From contig NIVC01002146.1 in NCBI GenBank assembly GCA_002269645.1, positions 124,001-188,000 on the forward strand: DNA of 64,000 nt, written 5' to 3'. Origin of the DNA: Macrostomum lignano. Lineage: Eukaryota. Both the position numbers and the translations under genes were made by a program. A model generated the notes under the pieces. It searched no databases. It was not told where the DNA came from and saw nothing but the letters and a program-made list of their open reading frames with translations. Below, piece after piece: positions 11,213 through 22,599 of the stretch; the stretch's first letter is position 1, and every line of letters starts with the position of its first letter.

Positions 11213-11890
11213 ACTGGAACAATTTGCGTCCTTGAGCAAGATACTTAACTCTGCATTGTTTCAGTTCACCCAGCTTTAGAATGGTAATTGAATGTGTGTG
11301 GCGACCCCCCAGTCCTTGGACTGAACAGCCGTACGCAGCCTTCAGATGCGCCGCGCAATAGCTGCGGCTGAGCTGTCGGTTGCACATCTGGGCCAATTGG
11401 CTATTATTTTATTTAATCATATAGGATGAATATTGTATGCATGAGTTTCGAGCCAATCACGAGATGATGATCGGAAGGGAGCAGCTTGATTATTGGTTAA
11501 TTTATAATACCAACAGCCCTAATAAAAATCGTATTCAACTCCTGCCCCGTAAGTGCTGCTGAAAGCAAAGCCAAATAATTTTCTGCCAGAAGTTGGATTT
11601 ATTTGCTTGTCCAGAGTCGCGGCGTTGCTATTAGCAACGTGCATGCTATATGCAGTGTTTGACAGTGCATTGCGACTGCACTGTACAGCTCAGCTATTCA
11701 AAGCATATCTCTCTAATTAAATTTACCTTTGCCTCCGGACGCAGAAAGGTTTGAGCAAGGTTCGGGGATAAAAGTCGCCTGAGCAAATAAAATGCAGTCC
11801 TGTCTGTCCTACCCATTTATTAACACTGGACCTGGCGGTTCAGGTGACTAGCAGTGATTCCCAAGCTGGACACAATCGGAAAAGTGCAGA

Positions 11891-14016
11891 ATGCGCTCCC
11901 AATGCTTGGTCGAACCGCTTCCAGATCTGAAGGGCTCCTTCGATTCGGCTTTGTCCCGCGATATTGCCGACTGCGTTGAAGGCGACGACTTGCTGAAGCT
12001 TCTGCAGCTGCTGGCCGAAAACGGGCTGGCCTCGGCCGACCTGGGGCGTCGGTTCACATTCGACTTGGACGACGAAGATCGTAATCAGAAGGAGCAGAAA
12101 CGGCTGCAAAAAAAGAAAGGCTGTTGCAGCAGTTCAGACAAGCCGGCTAATCCGCACAAGGGCGAAGACTTCAGGACCATCGTCCACATGAGCCTGTACT
12201 ATCAATCGGCCGAAATCTTCCAGCACGTAGCTGCATGCGAGCCTTCACTGCTGCTGGCTGAAGACACCGACGGTAGCAACCTGCTGCACTCGCTGGCAAA
12301 GGCGCGGGTGCTCATTGGCACCTATAGCGGTCGCTCTGCTGGCGGCGGCGCGTCTGTCGATCCGCTAGGTCGGTTCGATGAGTTCGAGTTGCAAGTGATC
12401 AAGCTGCTGGCTGAGACCCCTGATCCGATGGCTACTAGTGCGACAAGCTTTGAGTGAGTATTAGCAAATACCATGCATTCTCTTCTTAATTCCCCTCATG
12501 GAGACATCATTTCCTCGACTTCAGTGCCGTAGATTCAAGCAGCGGGACCAATTGCCTTCTGACGCTGTGCCGAGCGGAAAATGCTCAGCGCCTTCGTCCG
12601 CTCGAGTTTGCCATGAACATCGGCGCCTACGCGACTTTCAACCGACTGGCTGAGATCGACGGCTACCTGGTGACGCAGCGCAGCCACCGCGGTGCTAACC
12701 TGCACGTGACGTACGACCTGACCGAGTACGACCTGGTCTGCGGGGGTCGCCGAGACCGGAGCCCCCTGCTCATGCTGACTCTATTGCCCACTAGTCGAGT
12801 CGACGCGCTCGTCAAATCCGGTCTCACTGAAAAGCCGTTGCTGCGGCAGTGGGGGCGGCGGGCAAGACGCGACCTCCTACCACTAAACACCGCCCGCACT
12901 GTCCTGTTTGCCATCCTGACGCTGCTAGTGAGCCCGCTGACGCCATTCTTCCCATTCATCGCCACGATGGTGCAGTACGGCTCCGAGGTGCACGACGGGT
13001 TCTACGCCTACGCTGGGTATGTAAACAGCACCCTGCTAAACAAAACAGGAAATGACAGTGGCGTTGGCAGCGAAATCTTAAAAGACTTCTGCCGAGGTCA
13101 ATACGTGCTGGACTTCTTGCGCGATCCCAACTACAAGGGTTTGGAGGTCGTGAAGACGTCACCAATCTTTTGGTTCCAAACTTTGACAAGAGCCGACCTC
13201 GTGAATCAGGGGCCCAATAACAGGATTATTGTAGGCGTGCTGCTGGTCTTGCAGCTAGCCGCCATCTTCTTTAGCAGCCTGGAGGCAATGCGGTTCAATG
13301 GACAGACCTGGTTGCAGAAGCATACAGGCGACAGCTACGTTCAATGTCGCTTCTATCAGTTTGCCTACAACCTGGCCTTTCTATGCGGCATATTGCACCT
13401 GGCCTTCACACTGCCTATCGATAGTCAATTGGACTGCACTGCTTGGCTCACGATGAATTCACCGAACCTGACGCTCTGGTGGTTCACCACGATCTCCGAG
13501 ACCGCTGCCGTCCTGTACATCTACTTCTCTATGGTGTCACTGATGGAGGCCTTTGAGATGATCGGCGAACGAGTCGCCTTCCTCAACATCTGCTTCCGGA
13601 AAATGTGCTCCAGATTCCTGAGAGTTCTACCGCTATTCTTCATCTGGGCCTACATTGTGTTCGGCACGGTCATGTACATGGTTGACTTCGAGAATTCAGA
13701 GTTCAAGTCGGCGGCTTATGTGTACTATTCACCGCTGCGAATTCTGCTCAACATGGCCAACCTGCCGGCCAGGCCCTCCACCGCCATCCTGCACACCCTG
13801 TTCGTGCTGGTTGTGTCAATCAACATCACCAACTTCCTCATTGCTATTGTGTCCAACGAGTTTGACGTGGCTGACCGGCACTTCCGCCTGCTGTACAGCC
13901 TCACGAAGCTCAACTACCTTCTGCTTACCTGGCGTCGCTATGGCAGCTTGCTCCGACTGACCCACCGCGGGCCAAGGAAGCTGGTGATTGACACGGTGAG
14001 GCTGCAGCTGGATTGA
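11891..14016 (+). CDS. TRPV-like cation channel, 2 exons (11891-12453, 12525-14016), about 684 aa
   Basis: In-phase GT-AG intron 12454-12524. Ankyrin-like EDTDGSNLLHSLA and NAQRLRPLEFAMNIG. TRPV-type YDLTEYD. Six hydrophobic segments. S6 NITNFLIAIVSNEF. Confidence 0.85.
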
Positions 14017-14814
14017 ATTTGGACGAGTCGGTTGACCACATTGCAAAGTGTACAGTCGCTATCTTGCGTGTAGAAAGATTTTTTTCTGACAATATCGCTC
14101 ACATAATTTTTGCTAATCCATGTACTATATGTTCTTCTATCATATCTATTTATAGCTATCCTACTTTTTATTAATGATTACAAGCTATCCTGAATGATTT
14201 CGTTTATTCGAATCCAACGATATTATTCATAATGTGCTTAGGAACCGACTCTCGAAATGTGAAAAACTCAAGTAAATAAATACCGTATGCTGCAATTATT
14301 GCAGTCTTAGCCTGTAGCAGCAATATCGGCTACTACGAGTGTTGTATGTGCCTACAAGTAGAAAATAAAAAAATGGTTTTCTTGGCGTGAATAATTAACA
14401 AAAAAATTTCTTGCGCTTTAATCACGTGTTTCTCCCTGCAACGCAAGGTCTATCTGCATTGATATTTGACAGAAAATGTAGACTTCACAAAAGCTTTTAG
14501 CACCCATACATTGAAGACAATATGGCAAAATACTTTAGTGACCTGCGCTCGGATATGTATATACTTTAATGTTATAATCTAGAAAATACTTCAATGTGCC
14601 GAACGCTTCTTGAAGAACGTTACAGTCAGAAATAATGTGAAATGAATACGTTCAGATGAGTAGTATGGACGGCTGTACTTCAACACTTACGAGTATTCAG
14701 CAGGTACGAGTAGGAAGACGATCTGAACCCACAGGGAAAATAATCTCAGTCATTAAGGTTTGCCACAAGGCAGGCGGCTCTCACACTCCATGCTGCCGAA
14801 GGCTCCAGCGAGTG

Positions 14815-15967
14815 CTAAGAGAAGCTGCCGAAGGTCATTTCGTCGCTGGAGGCCGAAATCTGCCGCTCGCTGTCGTCGTCGAAGACCTTACTGACTCCGC
14901 GGCCGTCCGGGCCGAGGCCCGAGCTGGCGTAGAACTGGGGAAACTTGTCGTCGAACATCCGGCAGCATTTCTCCAGGCTGTGCAGGTCCGGCGCCCTGAC
15001 GGTGATCCGGCGGAGGGCGATGGAGGCGGCGGCCGTGCGGATTGGCTGCGGGTCCAGCAGGATCTCCGATTCGCAGGCGCGGGCGATGGCCTCGACGCGC
15101 CGGTCGGAGGCGTGGCAGAAGGCGCGCATGTTGGCGCGGGTCTCCGGCACCCGGAAGCTGTACTGGTAGATCGGCTGCAGCGGCGTGCTGGCCGAGGCCG
15201 CCAGGGTGGCGGCGCCCTCGTCGTAAAGCGCCATCGACGCCAAGGTCGATCTGTCGGTGTCACCGTCCGCTACGTCGCCGAATTCGTCGGCGCTGAGGCA
15301 GCGTCGCCGGCTGTTGCACTGGTTGCGCTCTGTTGGAGACGGGGCGATGCGGCAGGAGGAGGCTGCAATGCAGAGAAGAGTTGCGAATCCGGCATTGGCC
15401 TGAGCACGCGGAACTTGGCTTTGCACTGCTGACATTCATACTCAGCATAGTGAGGACAAGATTAGGGTTAATTAAGGCGTACAAAAACCTCAATTGGTTC
15501 ACCCAAAACTATTTGAACCAGTTGCAAGTACCGTCCATCCTTGTGCGCACATCCGGGTCCTGCGGTCCGCTGGTCTGCCCAGCCATTTCGTGCAGCGGAC
15601 TCGAAGGCTCCACCGCGACAGTGGCGTCGCCGCCACCTACTGCCTCCTTCCAGCTGCGCTGGCTCGGCTGCCAGACCGTCTCGCCGTGTCTCGCGTCGTC
15701 TCGACTGCTGAGGCGCAGGGCTCGGAGTCGCTGAGGGTTCACCAGCGGCTTCAGGGCTGGCAACTCCGACCATCGGGCCTCGGACTCCGGCACGGAGCAG
15801 CTGGTGCTTTGGCCACAGCTGTGCGAGCAGCTGCTTCCGGAGCTGACGCTGCTGGTGCGACTTTTGGGTCGGGGCAGCGAGGCCGGCTCCGCTTCCTGGG
15901 GCTTTGTGCCGACACTGCCTGTGGCGTTGGCTGCGACTGAGCTCTTTGTTCTGCTGGATGGATTCAT
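14815..15967 (-). CDS. Hypothetical protein, Ser-rich N-terminus plus KH-fold-like domain, 2 exons (15967-15532, 15428-14815), about 349 aa
   Basis: Two minus-strand ORFs joined in phase by a 103-nt GT-AG intron. GC-rich coding composition. Beta-alpha-alpha-beta-beta-alpha-like pattern YSFRVP...RRVEAIARAC-EILLD...RRITVRAP..LEKCCRMFDDKFP. Confidence 0.7.
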
Positions 15968-16370
15968 CTTTGTGCTACAAAAACTTTCTTTTCGAGTCTA
16001 TTAAAAACTATATGGTTAAAAATTAGGTATTAAATGCTTATTGCAAATCCTTTAATAGACACTTACAATTTCTACAGCTTATAGAACTTTAAGTCTCGGA
16101 TCTTCCAGTTTACAACCCCGTGCCCAACTGAACCATAGAATACAAAGCCAACTTCTCTATTTCGAGAAACATGAAGATCCTCAGAGAATAAAGAAGTGTG
16201 GCACAATGCAGTAATCTCTGGATTCTCTTGTTCATGCTAATCAGCATTAGGAATATAAAGCCATTTTCCGCCCGTCGAACTACCAAACAACCCCCCCCCC
16301 CGAAAAGTTTTGCTGCGCGGAAGCGAAACAGCCGCGCAGGCGCATGAGAAATTCAAGAACACGGGCTAGC

Positions 16371-17445
16371 TGGTCGCCATCATAAACCCGAAAAATCACA
16401 ACTCCGAAAGCGCTTTCCATCATAAACCCGAAATATCACAAACCCGAAATATCAACAACAACAACAACAGAGTACGCTGTCAGTTCGCAAAAGCAGCGTC
16501 AGATGGCGCGCTTCGAAGCTTGGGCGCGAACAAAGGCCGCACCGCCGGCAGAGTCCGGGGCGCCGGCGTCAGCCAGCAGAAAGTCGACGTAGCGCCGAGT
16601 CCTCGCCTGTCCCCGCCGGTAGGGTGCCTGCAACGTAAGTAGCAGCACCTCCTGCACCGGCTCCGGACAGTAGGCCTCGGCGCGGATGACGTGGCCTGCC
16701 AGCTGGAGTCGCCGACGGCGCAGCAGATCGCTACGACGGGCCAGGCCGGCGCGATGATAGAGCGCCGTGTTGGTGACTCGCTCGTTGCCGATCTTGAAGA
16801 CGGCGCGCAGCAGGCCAGCGTGCGCCGCGTCGACTTGAGCCTCGAGCGAGTCTGTCAGCGTCCAGGTCTCGGCGTTGTATAACAGGACGGTCTCGATCAC
16901 CGCCTGGAACAGCGCCGCCCTCTGGCGGTCCGGTAGGGCCTCGGACTGCAGGACTGACCTTATAGAACGAAAGGCAGCCCAGGCAAGTCCTCGGCGAAGC
17001 CGCAGATCCTCGCGGACGTCGGGAACCAGACCGCCAAGGTAGACGAACTGCTGACATCTTGGAAGCTCACTCGCCTGTCCGTCAGCCCGAAATATCACAA
17101 ACCCGAAATATCATAACTCCAAAAAACAAAATAGCAACACCCATCATAAACCCGAAACATCATAAACCAGAAAAATCACAACTCCGAAAACCAAAATAGT
17201 GTTGACATTGCTAGAACTTTCGGAGTTATGATATTTCGGGTTTGTGATATTTCGGGTTTACATGTATGATGGGCAATGCTATTTTTGTTTTCGGAGTTGC
17301 GATTTTTCGGGTTTATGATAGTTCGGGTTTATGATGTGTGTTGCTATTAATTTCGGAGTTATGATATTTCGGGGTTGTGATATTTCGGGTTTATGATCGA
17401 AAGCGCTTTTCGGAGTTGTGATTTTTCGGGTTTGTGATGCCCCCC
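16371..17445. mobile_element. MITE with inverted arrays of CATAAACCCGAAATATCACAACTCCGAAA-type subterminal repeats
   Basis: Left end GGTCGCCATCATAAACCCGAAAAATCACAACTCCGAAA is inverted at the right end. Terminus resembles the 31179-32065 element. TSD unclear. Confidence 0.75.
16455..17085 (-). mobile_element. 5'-truncated RTE-clade LINE inserted in the MITE
   Basis: FVYLGG, VLLYNAETWTLT, RRRLQLAGHVIR motifs. (GTT)n tail. 12-bp TSD CCCGAAATATCA (16443-16454, 17086-17097). Confidence 0.9.
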
Positions 17446-17494
17446 CCCGGGCTCTTTGTTATATATATATATATTAGGACGCAGAGAGGAGGCC

Positions 17495-17515
17495 CCTTGC
17501 GCGCATGCGCTCGCA
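17495..17515. promoter_or_regulatory. NRF1/EWG-type GCGCATGCGC palindrome in a probable divergent promoter region
   Basis: Perfect GCGCATGCGC at 17501-17510 between a minus-strand gene and the putative TCERG1 first coding exon. A related GCGCAGGCGC lies at 16334-16343. Confidence 0.4.
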
Positions 17516-18076
17516 GAACAGGCGGGAGGGGCAGGCAGCAGCAGCCTGAGGGGTCAGCTCAAGCGCCTGCAAATCAGCGATGAGGCAGTCCGTTAGAGTG
17601 GCAGTGCGGGCCTGGCCGCGGCGCAATTGCTCTCTTTGTTGCGCATCTTCTAAAACGAGAATCAAGTCGTTTTATCTCTGGACCGTCGAGATATTCGACG
17701 ATTCTGCCAGAAAGTCGGATTTTTCCAACGCTACTGTATTCATGCAATATACCCATGTGCGCCAATCGGCACTCCGCCTCGGTGCAGCCTTGCCAAGCCT
17801 CCAAATTTCATCAGCACGTCGATCACATGTGCTTGTATATCAGCTCTGACTTCTTTGGTCATTGGCCTTCACCCAAGGCGGAGCTTCTGGACCTTCAGCA
17901 AGCGACACCAGATTATTATATACTGTATGGACACCCTAGCTGTTTCGAATTTCTCTAGTTTCGCTGATCAAACCTCGACAGTGAGCAAACCTCAGCTGCT
18001 GGACAGCCTCAGCTTCTCTCTCTCTCTGTATGTAGCATTTCCGTCATCACCCCGACGCCGTCGGCACCTTCAACAG

Positions 18077-18096
18077 ATGGCATCGAATCCCCCTTG
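18077..18096 (+). CDS. TCERG1: Putative 20-nt first coding exon of TCERG1 (MASNPP-W)
   Basis: ATG preceded by a pyrimidine tract and CAG. The phase-2 donor TG|GTAGTT joins the phase-2 acceptor at 26858 to give [15 protein letters not shown]. Inference only. Confidence 0.4.
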
Positions 18097-18400
18097 GTAG
18101 TTCCTTATAGGGTGGCTATTTGTCGGTCAGTATAGAATGGTAAGGTCACTGATCGCGCCTCCTTTTGATTTCAGTAAGCCTTTTAGCTTAAATTGCTCTA
18201 CTGTTAAAAACGAAAGTTTTGACCTCAAGTTTGTTGGACGGCAAGTTGTTAGGCCACCAGTTAAAAAATTTTTTTTTCTTGCCCCTATATATTTATATAA
18301 AAACTGCATCAATCAGCGTTATTTTAAACCTATAGCAATAGTAGCAACAGAGTTCGAGAGCTACACAATAGCAAAAAATCAGAGAATCATATTTGGCGAG

Positions 18401-18940
18401 NNNNNNNNNNNNNNNNNNNNNNNNNNNNNNNNNNNNNNNNNNNNNNNNNNNNNNNNNNNNNNNNNNNNNNNNNNNNNNNNNNNNNNNNNNNNNNNNNNNN
18501 NNNNNNNNNNNNNNNNNNNNNNNNNNNNNNNNNNNNNNNNNNNNNNNNNNNNNNNNNNNNNNNNNNNNNNNNNNNNNNNNNNNNNNNNNNNNNNNNNNNN
18601 NNNNNNNNNNNNNNNNNNNNNNNNNNNNNNNNNNNNNNNNNNNNNNNNNNNNNNNNNNNNNNNNNNNNNNNNNNNNNNNNNNNNNNNNNNNNNNNNNNNN
18701 NNNNNNNNNNNNNNNNNNNNNNNNNNNNNNNNNNNNNNNNNNNNNNNNNNNNNNNNNNNNNNNNNNNNNNNNNNNNNNNNNNNNNNNNNNNNNNNNNNNN
18801 NNNNNNNNNNNNNNNNNNNNNNNNNNNNNNNNNNNNNNNNNNNNNNNNNNNNNNNNNNNNNNNNNNNNNNNNNNNNNNNNNNNNNNNNNNNNNNNNNNNN
18901 NNNNNNNNNNNNNNNNNNNNNNNNNNNNNNNNNNNNNNNN
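18401..18940. other. Assembly gap (540 N)
   Basis: Run of N. Confidence 1.
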
Positions 18941-21312
18941 TCCTCAGACTCCACAATCTGCAAAGGTAGTATGCAGCTCACTATGCAGCTCAGTAAGCGA
19001 CTGTTGGCCTCTTTTTGTGAAACATCTAGATTAGAGCAACTGAAACACTAGAACAAGCTGAGCTGTTAAGCCTGTTGCACTTTTTGGCAAGGGCTTGGAC
19101 TTGGACCAGTAGCTCTTGGAGAAGGACTGGCCCTTGGTGCCAATGCCAATGATGGCAAAGGTGAAACTGCTGATACTAATGCACTTGCACTAGCAGATGA
19201 TGATGATGATTGCAACATAGAAATCTGGTTGGAACTTGGTATTTTCATAGCAAGATGTAGTCTTGGAAGCAGATTGAGACTCAGACTCAGTAGCTGGTAG
19301 ACCACTAGTGCAGGTTGGATCAGGACCAGAAGAAGCTGATCACTTTTTTGTAGTGTAGGTTCAACCAGACTTAAGAGTCTTCAAACTGTATTATTTATAT
19401 TAAGAAAAGAAAAGGATAGCTCAATGATTGATAATGAATTAAATAAATTACTTACTTAAGTGATAAGTCAATGCTAAGAAATTAAGAATATTACAAATAT
19501 ATTTCTGTTTAGTCTTTACTTTATATACTAGATTTCTAGTTTATGTGTAGTTCTGCTCTAAATATTAAGTTTATTTGTGTATGTTTTTTTACTTCTCATC
19601 TCAATATTTATTTTATTTACTACTTGTTATTATTTATAGGTAAATTTGTAATCTAGAAATTAGAATATATATTTATTTCAGTTTGACTCATGACTGACTC
19701 AATTTGAGTCATGACTCATAATTAAAAATTCATTGCTTATTAAATATAATATATGACATTAGTTTATTCTTAATCTTAATTAATAATTAGTATAATTTAT
19801 AAATAAACTAGTAGTAACTAATAAGCCTTAGTCTTTGACTCCTTAGAAAATTAGTTAGAGTAAAGACATAGGTTGTAGAGTAAGAGTATGTATAGAGCAA
19901 GAAATTCTAGAATCAACCTATTACCTAACCTACAGCTACAAAAAGCAAAAAGGCTAATGCAAAGCAAACAGAAAGAGTTTAAACAAAAATACTATACTAC
20001 TGAAAAAAAGAGCATAGACAAGAAGCAAAACTTACCTCAGACATTGCTCTCTTCCTTAGACCTTCCTCTAACCAAGACTGTTTTAGGCAAGCATAATTGA
20101 CAAACAAAAACAGGGCAAGCTGTTTGACTTCTTCTTCTTCATATTTGGGTCATGGACATTATAGCTGTAGCTAATAGGACTGGGTGCTTAGCACCATACA
20201 GCCGGGTTGCTGACTCCGCATGGGCGGACAGTAGAAGACAGAATCCAATTTGTGGCCTGCGGCGGGTGGCCAGAGAGTGTGGGGACCCAAATCCTGGTGC
20301 GCAGGGCTCCTCCACAGACCGACTTACACTGTAAAAACTGCCATCTACCACCAACCCAGCAGTGGGGGACAACTCTCCCAGGTGGCATACCTGGAGGTGA
20401 GACCAATTTGTCACCCCAGGCATGTACAGGGATGCACAAAGCTCCTGCCACATTGGCGGAGTGTCCAGGGGCGCAACATGGACGCTGGTCTTGTGCCACC
20501 CGCTGTTTGACTTGTTGACATTGCTGCAGCTGCAGCCCCTTTCTTTGACTGCTTAGAGTTTGAGGAAGAACTAGAATAGACATTCTTATTCTTTACTTCC
20601 CATTTTTGAAAAACAAAATACTTTTTAATATGAGGAGAAGGATTAGGGTTTTGATTCTGCAATTCTTGTGCTTCATCATTGTCATCAGTGACTTCAATTA
20701 TGTGAGTGTCAGCAACAGCATCAGCATTGGTATTCAAATTCTTGGACTTAATAGAATCTGACTCTGTTTCTGACATGATGACAATTGACAATGAGTTGAT
20801 GACAATGTCATAAATCAATGAATCACAATTTATTCATGTATCAAATCAAATCAAATCAGATCACAATGATGATCAGCTGGCTGAGTGGCCTGTATGGCTG
20901 TATGCTGTATTATTTTATATTATTAGTTATTAACTTATTACTTATTATTATTATTAATAATTTTTTAATTACAAAATAGCCTAAAGAAAGGAAAGCAAAA
21001 CTGCAAAAGCCTACATAGTAATTCAGTAAATTCCTGTAAATTCTAAATACTATTATGTTACGTACATTAAAAAAGATTTTAAAAGTTAAAATCAGTAAAA
21101 CAAAATTGTTTAGAAGACTGAGAACCCTAAAAAACAATGTAAAAGAAAATTTGTTGCCTAAAATTTAGCAAATTTCAATTTTAGCAAATTTGAGCTAAAT
21201 GTAATGGCACTTTTGTAGCATATGTTAAGTTATTCAATTTAGCAATATTAGCGAATTTCAAAAATCATAGCGGTGCTATATTCAAATTTAGCACCCGCTA
21301 TGCCCATCACTG
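18941..21312 (-). mobile_element. Degenerate hAT-like transposon 5' part running into the gap
   Basis: Minus-strand terminus CAGTGATGGGC (21312). Translated relic QLSLF...VSQKEANSRLLSCIVSCILPLQIVESE resembles the hAT LPLSxVE motif, with in-frame stops. Confidence 0.5.
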
Positions 21313-22599
21313 TTAAGAGCATGTAATATATATCCAAAAATTTAGGCACACATAGGCTTTGCAGTTTATATGGTAAATAGAAAAAATTAATAATAAGTTT
21401 ATATATCGTAATTTCTTGACAAATATTTAAATAGACAATTCAAATAAACAAGTCCTCTTTTTAACAAGGATGCTCAATGCAGGCTTTATTTTAGCCATCT
21501 TTTTACACATTTGTAAGCTTTATTTTGATAGAAAAAAATTAATTTATTTAATTATAGAAAAATCTAAAAAACTACAGTTTAGGAACACAAAAGTTTATAG
21601 TATTACAACTCTGCTTTAAGTTTAAAGGGAATTTTCTAATTTTTTATAAAGATCTTTTTGAATAGAGAATAATTTCTATACCTCTATGCCTATTTTAGCA
21701 ACAATGATATGTTTCACACATATAGTATAGTGCTTCCTCTAAGGAGATTTTTTGTTTAAAACATTATTGTATATTTCCTATTCAACTCTAAGTCAAAAAA
21801 AGACTCCTGCTTTTGCTAAAAATATTTGCTTGTTGTTAGTTAAATTTCAAGGGAAAGCTTTTGCATGCTCTTGCTTTTAATTGACATTGCAAGTGCTCCT
21901 AATCAACATTTAATTTAGAAAAAATTGCACTTGAAATGTGTCTACAATGGAATTTTAAAGGCCTGAATAATAGTTCATGGATCTTTTGTTGCAATATAGT
22001 GCTGAATAGTTTTCTTTGAGTCCTAAATACCAATTACAATTTTTATGCATTTCCTAACTTTAAAATAAGGCTTTTAGCACTTAAAATGATTGGAAAGTTT
22101 TGTTGATACTTAAAAGTATCAAAGCAAAGCAAAAGCAAAGTCAAAGCAAACTATCAAGGTATAACATGAGTCAAAGTTATTAAACAAAACAATGGCAATA
22201 AAGTAAGAAAAAATACAGTGTGCTAGTTCTCTTAATTTTTTTCAATTGTCTTAGCTATTGATCTATAGATAGCACTCTGCATATGCTAGCATTAATAGAT
22301 AAAGGCCAGCAAGACTTATGATACCAAAATAGACACAATGGGCAGTCAATCTACATTAAAGAAATATTAAAAGTTTGACCTTTTGTGAGCAATAACATAT
22401 ATGCACAACTGCTAGCCGATCTGGCCCAGCCTGGCCCAGCCTAAAGAATAGACATAGTACTAATTAGATGACGAGGCATTTAGCCCTTAAAAGATAGTCA
22501 TAGTTACTCTGCTGGCCGTTTACCCAAAATTGCGTTAGGTTTCTTTCACAGGTAAGTCGCATTATTGGTCAAAAAGTAAGTCGCATGGCCAGTGTAAAT

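Larger units (their letters stand above)
10218..11410 (+). mobile_element. tRNA-derived SINE split by a MITE (head 10218-10294, body 11213-~11410)
   Basis: A box TAGCCTAGTGG and B box GGTTCGATTCC. The body resumes with the common SINE segment GTCCTTGAGCAAGATACTTAAC...CACCCAG after the insertion. Confidence 0.8.

Noticed and set aside
14656-15432. 258-aa plus-strand ORF (likewise 26823-27506 minus and 47500-48159 minus)
   Set aside because: Antisense shadows of GC-rich coding exons on the opposite strand.
18137-19051. Long ORFs spanning 18137-19051 in the ORF track
   Set aside because: Artefacts of translating the N gap.
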